DNA of 38,504 nucleotides, taken from positions 1 to 38,504 of the forward strand of contig NIVC01004670.1 of NCBI GenBank assembly GCA_002269645.1. The letters are read 5' to 3'. The notes beneath the pieces were generated by a model. That model did not search any database. It was not told the DNA's origin and saw only the letters and a list, made by a program, of their open reading frames with translations. This stretch comes from Macrostomum lignano (taxonomy: Eukaryota). Each line of letters begins with the position of its first letter. Position 1 is the first letter of the stretch. The position numbers and the translations under genes are program-made. Of this stretch, positions 21,418-34,208 are shown piece after piece.

Positions 21418-24116
21418 ATCCCACACTGAATCTCACATAAATCCCAAACTGAATCCCACACTGAATCCCATATAGAATCCCACACTCAATCCCACACTGA
21501 ATCCCACACTGAATCTCACGCTCAATCCCACACTGAATCCCACACTGAATCCCACACTGAATCTCACACTCAATCCCACACTTAATCCCACACTCAATCC
21601 CACACTGAATCTCACACTCAATCCCACACTCAATCCCACACTGAATCCCACACTGAATCCCACATAGAATCCCACACTCAATCCCGCACAGAACCCCACA
21701 CTCAATCCCACACAGAACCCCACACTCAATCCCACACAGAACCCCACACTCAATCCCACACAGAACCCCACACTCAATCCCACACTGAACCCCACACTCA
21801 ATCCCACACTTAATCCCACACAGAACCCCACAATCAATCCCACACTGAATCCCACACTCAATCCCACACTCAATCCCACACTGAATCCCACACCGAATCC
21901 CACAACGAATCCCACACTGAATCCCACACTCAATCCCACACTCAATCTCACACTCAATCCCACACTGAATCCCACATAGAATCCCACACTCAATCCCACA
22001 CTCAATCCCACACTCAATCGCACACTCAATCCCACACTCAATCCCACACTCAATCCCACACTCAATCCCACACTGAATCCCACATAGAATCCCACACTTA
22101 ATCCCACAAAGAACCCCACAATCAATCCCACACTGAATCCCACATAGAATCCCACACTCAATCCCACACTCAATCCCACACTCAATCCCACACTCAATCC
22201 CACACTGAATCCCACATAGAATCCCACACTGAATCCCACATAGAATCCCACACTGAATCCCACACAGAACCCCACACTCAATCCCACACAGAACCCCACA
22301 CTCAATCCCACACAGAACCCCACACTCAATCCCACACAGAACCCCACACTCAATCCTACACTGAACCCCACACTCAATCCCACACTCAATCCCACACTCA
22401 ATCCCACACTCAATCCCACACTGAATCCCACACCGAATCCCACACTGAATCCCACACTCAATCCCACACTCAATCTCACACTCAATCCCACACTCAATCC
22501 CACACAGAACCCTACAATCAATCCCACACTGAACCCCACACTCAATCCCACACTGAATCCCACACTGAATCCCACACTGAATCCCACATTCAATCCCACA
22601 CTCAATCCCACACTCAATCCCACACCGAATCCCACACTGAATCCCACACTGAATCCCACACTGAATCTCACACTCAATCCCACACTGAATCCCACATAGA
22701 ATCCCACACTTAATCCCACACAGAACCCCACACTCAATCCCACACTGAATCCCACACTGAATCCCACACTCAATCCCACACTGAATCCCACATAGAATCC
22801 CACACTGAATCCCACACTGAATCCCACACAGAATCCCACACTCAATCCCACACTGAACCCCACACTCAATCCCACACAGAACCCCACACTCAATCCCACA
22901 CAGAACCCCACACTCAATCCCACACTCAATCCCACACTCAATCCCACACTCAATCCCACACTCAATCCCACATCCAATCCCACACTCAATCTCACACTCA
23001 ATCCCACACTGAATCCCACACTGAATCCCACACAGAACCCTACAATCAATCCCACACTGAACCCACACTCAATCCCACACTGAATCCCACACTGAATCCC
23101 ACACTGAATCCCACATTCAATCCCACACTCAATCCCACACTGAATCCCACACCGAATCCCACACTGAATCCCACACTCAATCCCACACTGAATCCCACAC
23201 TCAATCCCACACTCAATCTCACACTCAATCCCACACTGAATCCCACATAGAATCCCTCACTGAATCCCACACTCAATCCCACACTCAATCCCACACTCAA
23301 TCCCGCACAGAACCCCACACTCAATCCCACACTCAATCTCACACTCAATCCCACACTGAATCCCACACTCAATCCCACACTCAATCTCACACTGAATCGC
23401 ACACTGAATCGCACATAGAATCCCACACAGAACCCGCACTCAATCCCACACTCAATCTCACACTCAATCCCACACTGAATCCCACACTCAATCCCACACT
23501 CAATCTCACACTGAATCCCACACTGAATCCCACACTGAATCCCACACAGAACCCCACACTCAATCCTACACAGAACCCCACACTCAATCCCACACAGAAC
23601 CCCACACTCAATTCCACACAGTACCCCACACTGAACCCCACACTTAATCCCACACTGAACCCCACACTCAATCCCACACTCAATCCCACACTCAATCCCA
23701 CACTCAATCTCACACTCAATCCCACACTGAATTCCACATAGAATCCCACACTGAATCCCACATAGAATCCCACACTGAATCCTACACTGAATCTCACACT
23801 GAATCCCACATAAATCCCACACTGAATCCCACACTCAATCTCACACTGAATTCCACATAGAATCCCACACCGAATCCCACACTCAATCCCACACTGAATC
23901 CCACACTGAATCCCACACTGAATCCCACACTGAATCCCACACTGAATCGAATCCCACACTCAATCCCACACTCAATCCCACACTGAACCCCACACTCAAT
24001 CCCACACTGAATCCCACACTGAATCCCACACTGAATCCCACACTCAATCCCACACTCAATCCCACACTCAATCCCACACTCAATCCCACACTGAATCCCA
24101 CATAGAATCCCACACC
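21418..24116. repeat. 2.7-kb 12-bp satellite (AATCCCACACTS and variants) filling the last intron of the unidentified gene
   Basis: Read directly; source of the CGI[Q/E] and SVG[F/L] pseudo-ORFs. Confidence 0.98.
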
Positions 24117-24124
24117 GCACGCAC

Positions 24125-24499
24125 CTGGGCGGCCGAACCCGCATCGGTGCCTGGCCGGCCCGGCCCGCAGCGGACGGGTTGTGGAAGCGCAGCAGCTGGA
24201 TGGTGGTCTTGCCGGGCACCAGAGGGGCGCCGAGCGGCCCCGTGGCGTGCAGGATGGGCGGCATCGGACTGTCGAACTGCGCCTGTCTGTAGGCGGCCGC
24301 GCTGGCGTCGCTGAAGCGGCGGCTTGCTGGCGGCTGCTGCTGCTGCTGCTGCTGCTGTTCAGAATGCCGCCGGTCCGCATGGAGAACGGTGTCGCGAATT
24401 TCCGCTGCTGCCGCTGGCGGTGAAGCTGCTTTGACTGGCTCCGCTTGCTGCTGCTGCTGCTGCTGCTGCTGAGGTGAAGTCTGCGTTGTCTGCTCCCTA
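24125..24499 (-). CDS. Internal exon of the unidentified gene (two poly-Q tracts)
   Basis: Acceptor CCCCAATCCAG/T, donor AG/GTGCGT, phase 2-2, 375 nt open: [12 protein letters not shown]...MPPILHATG...RVRPPR. Confidence 0.65.
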
Positions 24500-24544
24500 C
24501 TGGATTGGGGTGGTGATGGCGGATGATGAGGGTCAGAGAGTGGC

Positions 24545-25092
24545 GGAGCTTGAGTGAGGGTGGCAGAGCTTAAGTAAGGGTGGCAGAGTTAAGTAAGGGT
24601 GGCAGAGCTTGAGTAAGGGTGTCAGAGCTTAAGTAAGGGTGGCAGAGCTTGAGTAAGGGTGGCAGAGCTTGATTAAGGGTGGCAGAGCTTGATTAAGGGT
24701 GGCAGAGCTTGATTAAGGGTGGCAGAGCTTGATTAAGGGTGGCAGAGCTTGAGTAAGGGTGGCAGAGCTTGATTAAGGGTGGCAGAGCTTGAGTAAGGGT
24801 GTCAGAGCTTAAGTAAGGGTGGCAGAGCTTGAGTAAGGGTGGCAGAGCTTGATTAAGGGTGGCAGAGCTTGATTAAGGGTGGCAGAGCTTGATTAAGGGT
24901 GGCAGAGCTTGATTAAGGGTGACAGAGCTTGAGTAAGGGTGGCAGAGCTTGATTAAGGGTGGCAGAGCTTGATTAAGGGTGGCAGAGCTTGATTAAGGGT
25001 GGCAGAGCTTGATTAAGGGTGGCAGAGCTTGATTAAGGGTGGCAGAGCTTGATTAAGGGTGGCAGAGCTTGAGTAAGGGTGTCAGAGCTTGA
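24545..25092. repeat. 20-bp minisatellite (GGCAGAGCTTGATTAAGGGT), ~27 copies, intronic
   Basis: Read directly. Confidence 0.96.
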
Positions 25093-25132
25093 GATCGAAC
25101 ATCGTCGAACTCAAGCACTGCCAGCAGCTCAC

Positions 25133-26212
25133 ACAGTGGCTGTGGGCTTCTTGTGCCACACGACCGGCGCCTGCGGCGGTGGCTGGAAGCGATAGTAGGT
25201 CCCCGGGCCCGCGACCGCTCCACCGCTTCCGGCCGTCTCGCCGCCGCTTTCAGATCTCCTGCCAGTCCCACCGCTGCTTCCGGCGGTTTCTCGACTGCTC
25301 GGTGCGGCCCTCTGTTGGTGGCTGCCGCGGGCCGCCGGTGCGCGGAGCTCCAGCCGCGAGTAGCCCGACTGCAGGCTGCCGGAGCCGGGGCCGCTGCCGC
25401 CGCGGACCACCAGGCTACTGCGCGCATCGGAGGCCGAGCTGGGAGCGGCCGCGCCTTTGCCGCTGCGCCGACCGCCGCGCCCGGAGCCGCCGCTGCAGAC
25501 CCGGCTGTGGCCGCCGCCGTCGACATCGCCGTCCCGCCCGAGGGCCGGGCAGCGAACGGCGCCTCCGCCTGCCGCGCTGTCGTAGATCGGGCTGGGGCTG
25601 GCGCTCGCCCAGGAGGCGCTGCCCCAGGCGGTGCCGCTGTCGGCGCTTCTCCAGCCGACGTCGCCCCTGGCGCAGTCGATGACGTCGGTAGGTGGGGGCG
25701 ACGGAAGCGGTGGAGGCGGCGGGCGGCAGGGCGGCTCCCGACTCTGCCGGCGCCGGCGCCGCCGCCTGCCCAGCAGGTCCTCCAGGCTGGGGGCGCCGCG
25801 GCCTCCGCCAGAGCGCCGGAGGCCCCGCACGGAGCCGCGCTGCACAAACGCCGAGGCAGGCAGGGCCGGGGCGCGCCGGTCCGCGCACGGGCGCTCCCAG
25901 GCCGGTGCGCCGGCGCCCCCCTCTCTCTCCCACCACTCGAACTCGGCGTAGGTCGGCTCGAAGCCCCGCGGAGCCGCCGCCTCTCGATGCGCCGATTCTG
26001 CCGACGATCGACGCCGGCTGGCGGAGGATGTTCGCCGGGACCCGCCGCCGCCCAGCTGCAGCTCCAGCTCCGCGGGGACGCCGCTGCTGCCGCTGCTGCT
26101 GCTGCTGCCGTAGCCTCCGGCGCGGCGGTGCGTGGTTCGAACGCCGCCGAGAGGTGACAGCTCGAGCTCGGCGATCTCGAAGCTGCCGCTGCTGCTGGGC
26201 TCCGGCCGGCGG
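25133..26212 (-). CDS. Internal exon of the unidentified gene (Gly/Ser/Arg/Pro-rich)
   Basis: Acceptor AATCTTCAG/C, donor GT/GTGAGC, phase 2-2, 1080 nt open in one frame ([20 protein letters not shown]...[11 protein letters not shown]...HKKPTATV). Confidence 0.68.
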
Positions 26213-26334
26213 CTGAAGATTCAACAGGTGGGATGGAGTTTTGGAATTCCGAGCTGAGTAGCGGATGGCTGCCAGGTAAGGGATTCTAAACCGGCGATTT
26301 CGACTAGATTATGACTGCAAATTAACTTACAAAC

Positions 26335-26620
26335 TTTAATCGGCCCTCATAAATTTATGGATGTACATGTATTTGCAGGGGGCTGCGGGCACCATGGCAG
26401 AGCCTTCGGCCGCATCGTCCCACACGCACACAGGCACACGCTCACCTAGGGTGTACCGGTACAGAGGCCCTGACTTTGTACACTCTGTGCCGTGGGGGTT
26501 GGCCCTCATGGGTGAACAAACGGCCAATGTTTGGTGCTCGCAAGCCCCATGTGAATGTGGCTGGCGCAGGGAATCGGACCAGCGGTCATAGTATGAGAGT
26601 CAGACGCGTTCACCGCTGAG
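26335..26620 (-). mobile_element. tRNA-headed SINE-like element A (5' end clipped by the adjacent array)
   Basis: Minus strand: A-box remnant CTCAGCGGT followed by tRNA-like GAACGCGTCTGACTC, B-box GGTCCGATTCC (26580-26570). The core at 26477-26508 is shared with the element at 30.5 kb. Confidence 0.6.
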
Positions 26621-26972
26621 ATGAGATGTCAGGAGACGAGATGTCATGAGATGAGATGTCATGAGATGAGATGAGATGAGATGAGATGAGATGAGATGAG
26701 ATGAGATGAGATGAGATGAGATGAGATGTCATGAGATGAGATGTCATGAGATGAGATGTCATGAGATGAGATGTCATGAGATGAGATGTCATGAGATGAG
26801 ATGTCATGAGATGAGATGTCATGAGATGAGATGTCAGGGACGAGATGTCATGAGATGAGATGTCGTGAGACGAGATGTCATGAGATGAGATGTCAGGAGA
26901 TGAGATGTCAGGAGACGAGATGTCATGAGATGAGATGTCATGAGATGAGATGTCATGAGATGAGATGTCCTG
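26617..26972. repeat. 5/15-bp repeat (GAGAT)n / (GAGATGAGATGTCAT)n, intronic
   Basis: Read directly. Confidence 0.95.
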
Positions 26973-27007
26973 AGAAAAAGAGCAACAGTTTCCCAGAAGT
27001 TGCTCAC

Positions 27008-28233
<1,226 letters not shown>

Positions 28234-28311
28234 CTGAGAACACGCAGGCTCACACTGCATGTACAGTGAATTTTTGAACACGAGACCCTAAAAATCAACT
28301 GTTGGCTCTGC

Positions 28312-28575
28312 TATCAATGACCCCTCTGAACTCGAGCAGCAGGCGGCTCCGCTCTCAATGACCCCTCTGAACTCGAGCAGCAGGCGGCTCCGCTCTCAAT
28401 GACCCCTCTGAACTCGAGCAGCAGGCGGCTCCGCTCTCAATGACCCCCCCCCCCCTGAACTCCAGCAGCAGCAGGCGGCTCCGCTCTCAATGACCCCCCC
28501 CCTGAACTCCAGCAGCAGCAGGCGGCTCCGCTCTCAATGACCCCCCCCCCTGAACTCGAGCAGCAGCAGGCGGCT
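28312..28575. repeat. ~41-48-bp repeat (GACCCC[C]nTCTGAACTCGAGCAGCAGGCGGCTCCGCTCTCAAT), ~6 copies, intronic
   Basis: Read directly; the C run and CAG count vary between copies. Confidence 0.9.
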
Positions 28576-28578
28576 CAC

Positions 28579-30154
28579 CGGTTCCAGCAGAGGTCACCGG
28601 TTCCCGAGGTGCCGGTGGTGCCACCCGAGCCGGGCCAGTACAGGCGGCCCGGCAGCCCAGAGCCAAGCGGGCCGATTCTGCAGGCAGGCGGCTGCGCAGC
28701 GGAGGCGGCCAGGGTGGCCGAGGCCTCCGCCCGGGCCCGCTTGAGCCGGCCGGACTCAAAGCAGGTGGCCTCGCCGGCCCGAATGCTCAGCTCGATACGG
28801 CAGCCCGGCCACGGCAGCGACTGCGGCGGCCACTGCGGGGTTGCCGTGTCGACGCCGCGGTGCCTCGGGCAGAGCCGCCCGCACTTGGCGTCGCCCGGCG
28901 GCGGTGGCGGCGCGGCCGAGGCGGCCAGGCGGTGGCGGATGAGGTGCGTCGGCGGCCAGGAGTCGCCCGTGTCGTCGGCGGCGTCCGGCCGCGCCCGCCG
29001 GCCATCGCGCCGATCGCGGCGGCGGCCCTGGCAGTCGGGCCGGTGGCGCCGGTGGCGGTGTCGCCGCTCGCTGCGGAGCTCTTCGCCACTGTCGCCGGCT
29101 CGGTGTCCGCGGTGGTCCGCGCGGAGCTCCCAGTTCGGCTGGCCGTGCCGCTGGTGGCGGCCGCGGCTCGGCTGACAGTCGGTCTGGCGCGGCCGCTGCT
29201 GCCGCATCAGCTCGGCCACCTGGCGCTGCTCGCACTGCTGGCGCTCCTTCTGGATGAGCAGCTCCTCCAGCCTTGCGCTGCTCCTCGGCTGGTCCTTCAT
29301 CGAGTGCAGCTGCTGCTTCTGGGTGCCCGACTGCGGCGGCCCGTCGTACATCAGGGCGCTGCTGCCTTTCACGGCAGGCGACTGGCTGCTGTGGCCGGAT
29401 TTACCCGTGTCGGCAGCGGCTTCCTGAGCGGCGGAGGCTGCGGCGGTGACGGTGGCGGTGGCCACGGTAGTGGTTTCGGCCCCGGGCGCGGTGCTGGAGG
29501 CGGGCTCGCCCAGCTGGCTGTTGGACAGCAGCTCGTACTCCAGCGACGTGCCGCCCGAATCGTCCTCCGAGTCCGGGTAGCCCGCGCCCCTGGCCGAGTT
29601 GCAGCGGCCGCGCCGGAATCTCCACCGCTCGCCGCCAGCCTTTGGGTGGCTCGGCGTCGCGGCGGTTGCGGTGTCGGCCTTGGCTTCATTGACGTCCTTG
29701 GCATCGGTGGCGGAGGCGGCGGCCCCGCGCTCGCAGCTGCTGCTGCTGGTCTGGAGGTAGATCCTCAGCCGCAGCTGCTCCTCGGAGTCGCGCCCGCCCG
29801 ACTGCCGGCGCAGGAAGCTGCATCGACGCAGGAAACCGCCGACGCCTCCGCCGGTGTCGCCGCCGCGCCGGTCAGCGCCGTCCCCCTGTCGTGACTGCGT
29901 GCCGGGGCCGTTGCTGTCGTTTCTCTGGTCGGAGGAGCCGCGGTGACGGCAGGGGCTGCAGCTGCACAGGTCCGGCTGGCTGGGGCAGCTGGACAGCAGG
30001 CGGACGGGGATGACGAGGCCCTCGGATGTCTTGGGCTTGGTGCAGCGGAAGGCCATGTCTGCGAGTTGAGGCCGCCACTGAGACCTGCACTGAAGTCTGG
30101 CTGAGTGCTCGGAACTGAAATGCGAGGCCAATTCCCTAATCTCGCGGCCGCGTC
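28579..30154 (-). CDS. Large 5'-most detected exon of the unidentified gene
   Basis: Within ORF 28575-30218. Acceptor CTGCTGCAG/30154 after an AT-rich stretch, donor CG/GTGAGC at 28579. The donor phase (2) does not match the next acceptor (0), so a boundary or an indel is unresolved. Confidence 0.6.
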
Positions 30155-30484
30155 CTGCAGCAGTGGAGCCGCTTTGGGCCATAGACAATTTTTTTAATAT
30201 TTTCATTCTTGCCATCAAAGTCCGGCTAATCAGGATGCGCAGTGTTGATTAATTTAATTCCGACTTTATTTTCTTGAAATCATCAATCACAAATCATTGC
30301 AGCACTCATCGGGCACGGGCCACATGAAGCCACTTGCTTGCTGCGGCTGTGCTTTGTCGTTTGTGTCACACAACCGGCGAGAGGCATTGCTGCCCATTCC
30401 GCCGACTCCCCGAGCAGGCACACAAGCGCGCGGATACGTACGCAGTCATCCATGAACACACTCACACAAGAGTTACGGCAGTCC

Positions 30485-30675
30485 CAACTTTATTTATCGT
30501 TAGGCATGTACACTTCACTGCGCCTTGGGGGTTGCCCCTCAAGGCCGTTAATTGCAAGAGCAGAGCCAAGCCGAGATTCCAATTCAGCCCCAAATTAATG
30601 TGACTGCACTTGGAATCGAGCCTGGGCCGCTGGCACACCAGAGCACCGCGCCAGACCACCACTGGGCTACCTTTG
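30485..30675 (-). mobile_element. tRNA-headed SINE-like element B
   Basis: Minus strand: A-box TAGCCCAGTGG (30669-30659), B-box GGCTCGATTCC (30622-30612), core at 30507-30541 shared with element A, A-rich end ATAAATAAAG. Confidence 0.65.
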
Positions 30676-30911
30676 GCCACTTGAAGGCCAACCTTCTGCC
30701 TAGGGCTGCTGTTTTATGAGAAGGAGCGCACAATTTATTGATTCTGTGCTCCAGAGAAATCGAGATTTTTCTATTGCACATTTATTCGACATCGGTCTCG
30801 CAACTATTTGATAGCCCCGTAGTAGCTGTCGAACTGTACAATATTGCTGACAAATTTCCTGAAAATACATTTCAAAATACGACTAAGAAAGGTCGCAGCC
30901 TGCACTGGCAG

Positions 30912-31389
30912 ACTGTCAGTATGATGACAAAGCTGAGTGACTAATAGGCTACTGTCAGTATGATGACAAAGCTGAGTGACTAATTGGCTACTGTCAGTAT
31001 GATGACAAAGCTGAGTGACTAATAGGCTACTGTCAGTATGATGACAAAGCTGAGTGACTAATTGGCTACTGTCAGTATGATGACAAAGCTGAGTGACTAA
31101 TAGGCTACTGTCAGTATGATGACAAAGCTGAGTGACTAATTGGCTACTGTCAGTATGATGACAAAGCTGAGTGACTAATAGGCTACTGTCAGTATGATGA
31201 CAAAGCTGAGTGACTAATTGGCTACTGTCAGTATGATGACAAAGCTGAGTGACTAATTGGCTACTGTCAGTATGATGACAAAGCTGAGTGACTAATTGGT
31301 TACTGTCAGTATGATGACAAAGCTGAGTGACTAATAGGCTACTGTCAGTATGATGACAAAGCTGAGTCACTAATTGGCTACTGTCAGTA
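30912..31389. repeat. 39-bp minisatellite (CTGTCAGTATGATGACAAAGCTGAGTGACTAATWGGCTA), ~12 copies
   Basis: Read directly. Confidence 0.96.
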
Positions 31390-31565
31390 GTGATGCACAC
31401 AAAGCCTACCCAGCTTTCAGAGCCTGGTTATTTGACAACGCTTGGAGCAGTTTATGAGGCATTTAACAGGCCAAATCCGACGACTACCCTCTGTCTCAGT
31501 AATGTGCGTTTTGTTTTATGCACCCCAACCCCGCCCGGTTGCATATGCGCACAAGTAAAGCTTTA

Positions 31566-33191
31566 GCTCAGTCAGTCAGCTCATTCAGCTCAGTGAGTCA
31601 GCTCATTCAGTCAGCTCAGTCAGTCAGCTCATTCACATACATGCGCAACAGTCGGCCGAGTCGGCCGATCCGGCCGACCGATTTGGCGGCCAACCAAGGA
31701 AGTCGCAAAAATGCCCACCCAAAAAAACACCCAAGTAGTAGTACTAAGTAGCTGACGAGGCATTTTGACTTAATAAGACAGTCATAGTTACTCCTGCCGT
31801 TTACCCAAAGTTGCGTTAATTTTGCTTTAGGGTTTTTTTACATGTAAGTCGCATTTTTGGCCAAAAACTATGTCGCATTTTGTTAAAACTAAGTCGCACG
31901 GCCGACCGAATTTTAGAGGTTGCGCATGTATGCTCATTCAGCTCAGTAAGTCAGCTCATTCAGTCAGCTCAGTCAGTCAGCTCATTCAGTCAGTGAGTCA
32001 GCTCATTCAGTCAGCTCATTCAGTCAGTGAGTCAGCTCATTCAGCTCAGTGAGTCAGCTCATTCAGTCTGCTCATTCAGCTCAGTGAGTCAGCTCATTCA
32101 GTCAGCTCAGTCAGTCAGCTCATTCAGCTCAGTGAGTCAGCTCATTCAGTCAGCTCAGTCAGTCAGCTCATTCAGTCAGCTCATTCAGTCAGTGAGTCAG
32201 CTCATTCAGTCAGCTCATTCAGTCAGCTCATTCAGTCAGTGAGTCAGCTCATTCAGTCAGCTCAGTCAGTCAGCTCATTCAGTCAGCTCATTCAGCTCAG
32301 TGAGTCAGCTCATTCAGCCAGCTCATTCAGTCAGTGAGTCAGCTCATTCAGTCAGTGAGTCAGCTCATTCAGTCAGTGAGTCAGCTCATTCAGTCAGTGA
32401 GTCAGCTCAGTCAGTCAGTCAGTGAGTCAGCTCATTCAGTCAGTGAGTCAGCTCATTCAGTCAGTGAGTCAGCTCATTCAGTCAGTGAGTCAGCTCAGTC
32501 AGTCAGTGAGTCAGCTCATTTAGTCAGTGAGTCAGCTCATTCAGTCAGTGAGTCAGCTCATTCAGTCAGTGAGTCAGCTCATTCAGTCAGTGAGTCAGCT
32601 CAGTCAGTCAGTGAGTCAGCTCAGTCAGTCAGTGAGTCAGCTCATTTAGTCAGTGAGTCAGCTCATTCAGTCAGTGAGTCAGCTCATTCAGTCATTGAGT
32701 CAGCTCATTCAGTCAGTGAGTCAGCTCAGTCAGTCAGTCAGTCAGCTCAGTCAGTCAGTGAGTCAGCTCATTCAGCTCAGTGAGTCAGCTCAGTCAGTCA
32801 GCTCAGTCAGTCAGTGAGTCAGCTCATTCAGTCAGTGAGTCAGCTCAGTCAGCTCAGTCAGTCAGTCAGTGAGTCAGCTCAGTCAGTCAGTCAGTGAGTC
32901 AGCTCATTCAGTCAGTGAGTCAGCTCAGTCAGTCAGTCAGTGAGTCAGCTCATTCAGTCAGTGAGTCAGCTCAGTCAGTCAGTGAGTCAGCTCAGTCAGC
33001 TCAGTCAGTCAGTCAGTGAGTCAGCTCAGTCAGTCAGTCAGTGAGTCAGCTCATTCAGTCAGTGAGTCAGCTCAGTCAGTCAGTCAGTGAGTCAGCTCAT
33101 TCAGTCAGTGAGTCAGCTCAGTCAGTCAGTGAGTCAGCTCAGTCAGTCAGTGAGTCAGCTCATTCAGTCAGTGAGTCAGCTCATTCAGTCA
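31566..33191. repeat. Complex satellite built from TCAG/GTGAGTCAGCTCAT modules, interrupted by a MITE
   Basis: Read directly. Confidence 0.95.
31636..31932. mobile_element. 297-bp MITE (non-autonomous DNA transposon, hAT- or P-like)
   Basis: Perfect 14-bp TIRs CATACATGCGCAAC (31636-31649) and GTTGCGCATGTATG (31919-31932); 8-bp direct repeat CTCATTCA on both sides; subterminal CGGCCGA motifs. Confidence 0.85.
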
Positions 33192-33917
33192 GCCACAGGT
33201 CTTCCCCAGTTCCGTGATATTTTCGGTAATAGCACTGGAGCGTTCAGTTTCGGCAATCAGACTATTTAGACAAACAGACATTGCCCAGCGCTGTGCGCTC
33301 CTAAAATACTTGCAGGTAGATGGCTGGCGGCTCAATGAACAAAAGCGAGGCTGCGTGGCAACTGCTGACAAATGTTGAGAAAAAGGCTAAGCTGAGCCAA
33401 TTAAAAAACTTGAACGCAGAGCTTGTAAATTTATTGGGTAAACAGAAAACTGCATAAATAATGAGGCTTATAGCTATAAGATACCTGCTAAAAACACAGG
33501 CTGGGGCATCCGATGCCCCGAACGAAATGTGCAAAATAATTATCAGTATAAAAAAGCTAAACAAAAGATGAGCTGGGAAGAGGTAAAAACGGCAGTGCAA
33601 ATATCTGTATCAGCCAGTGAAATCTCTGCTCCAATCAAGACTGAAGCAGCTCCGTGAGCAGGTGAATCGCCTGTGGAGACCCGGGATACCGCATTACTCG
33701 CTTAGCTGCTCCTCTGCTCCCAAAGCCACAATGCAGCGACCAAAAACAGCAATTTAAGGAGATTGTGACCGAAATTACAAAGTAAAAATGAGTGACCGCA
33801 AGAGTAAAAGAGTGCAGCTCATTGCAAATCATCGAGGGCAGTAGGTGCAGGCGGTGCGCCTCAGGCTGAGCTTGCGACTGGGATTGTGGCATCTGTGCAG
33901 GACTTTTAATAGCAGAT

Positions 33918-34208
33918 GTACATTGGGAGTGGCTGGGGGTCAGGGGATGCACATTGGGACTGGCTGGGGGTTAGGGGATGCACATTGGGAGTGGCTGGGG
34001 GTCAGGGGATGCACATTGGAGTGGCTGGGGGTTAGGGGATGCACATTGGGAGTGGCTGGGGGTCAGGGGATGCACATTGGGAGTGGCTGGGGGTCAGGGG
34101 ATGCACATTGGGAGTGGCTGGGGGTTAGGGATGCACATTGGGAGTGGCTGGGGGTCAGGGGATGCACATTGGGAGTGGCTGGGGGTCAGGGGATGTACAT
34201 TGGGAGCA
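33918..34208. repeat. 30/31-bp G-rich repeat (TGCACATTGGGAGTGGCTGGGGGTYAGGGGA), ~9-10 copies
   Basis: Read directly. Confidence 0.94.

Noticed and set aside
24545-25092. Telomere-like sequence (TTAAGGG in the 20-bp unit; TTAGGG in the 31-bp unit)
   Set aside because: Isolated hexamers within longer units, not (TTAGGG)n tracts.
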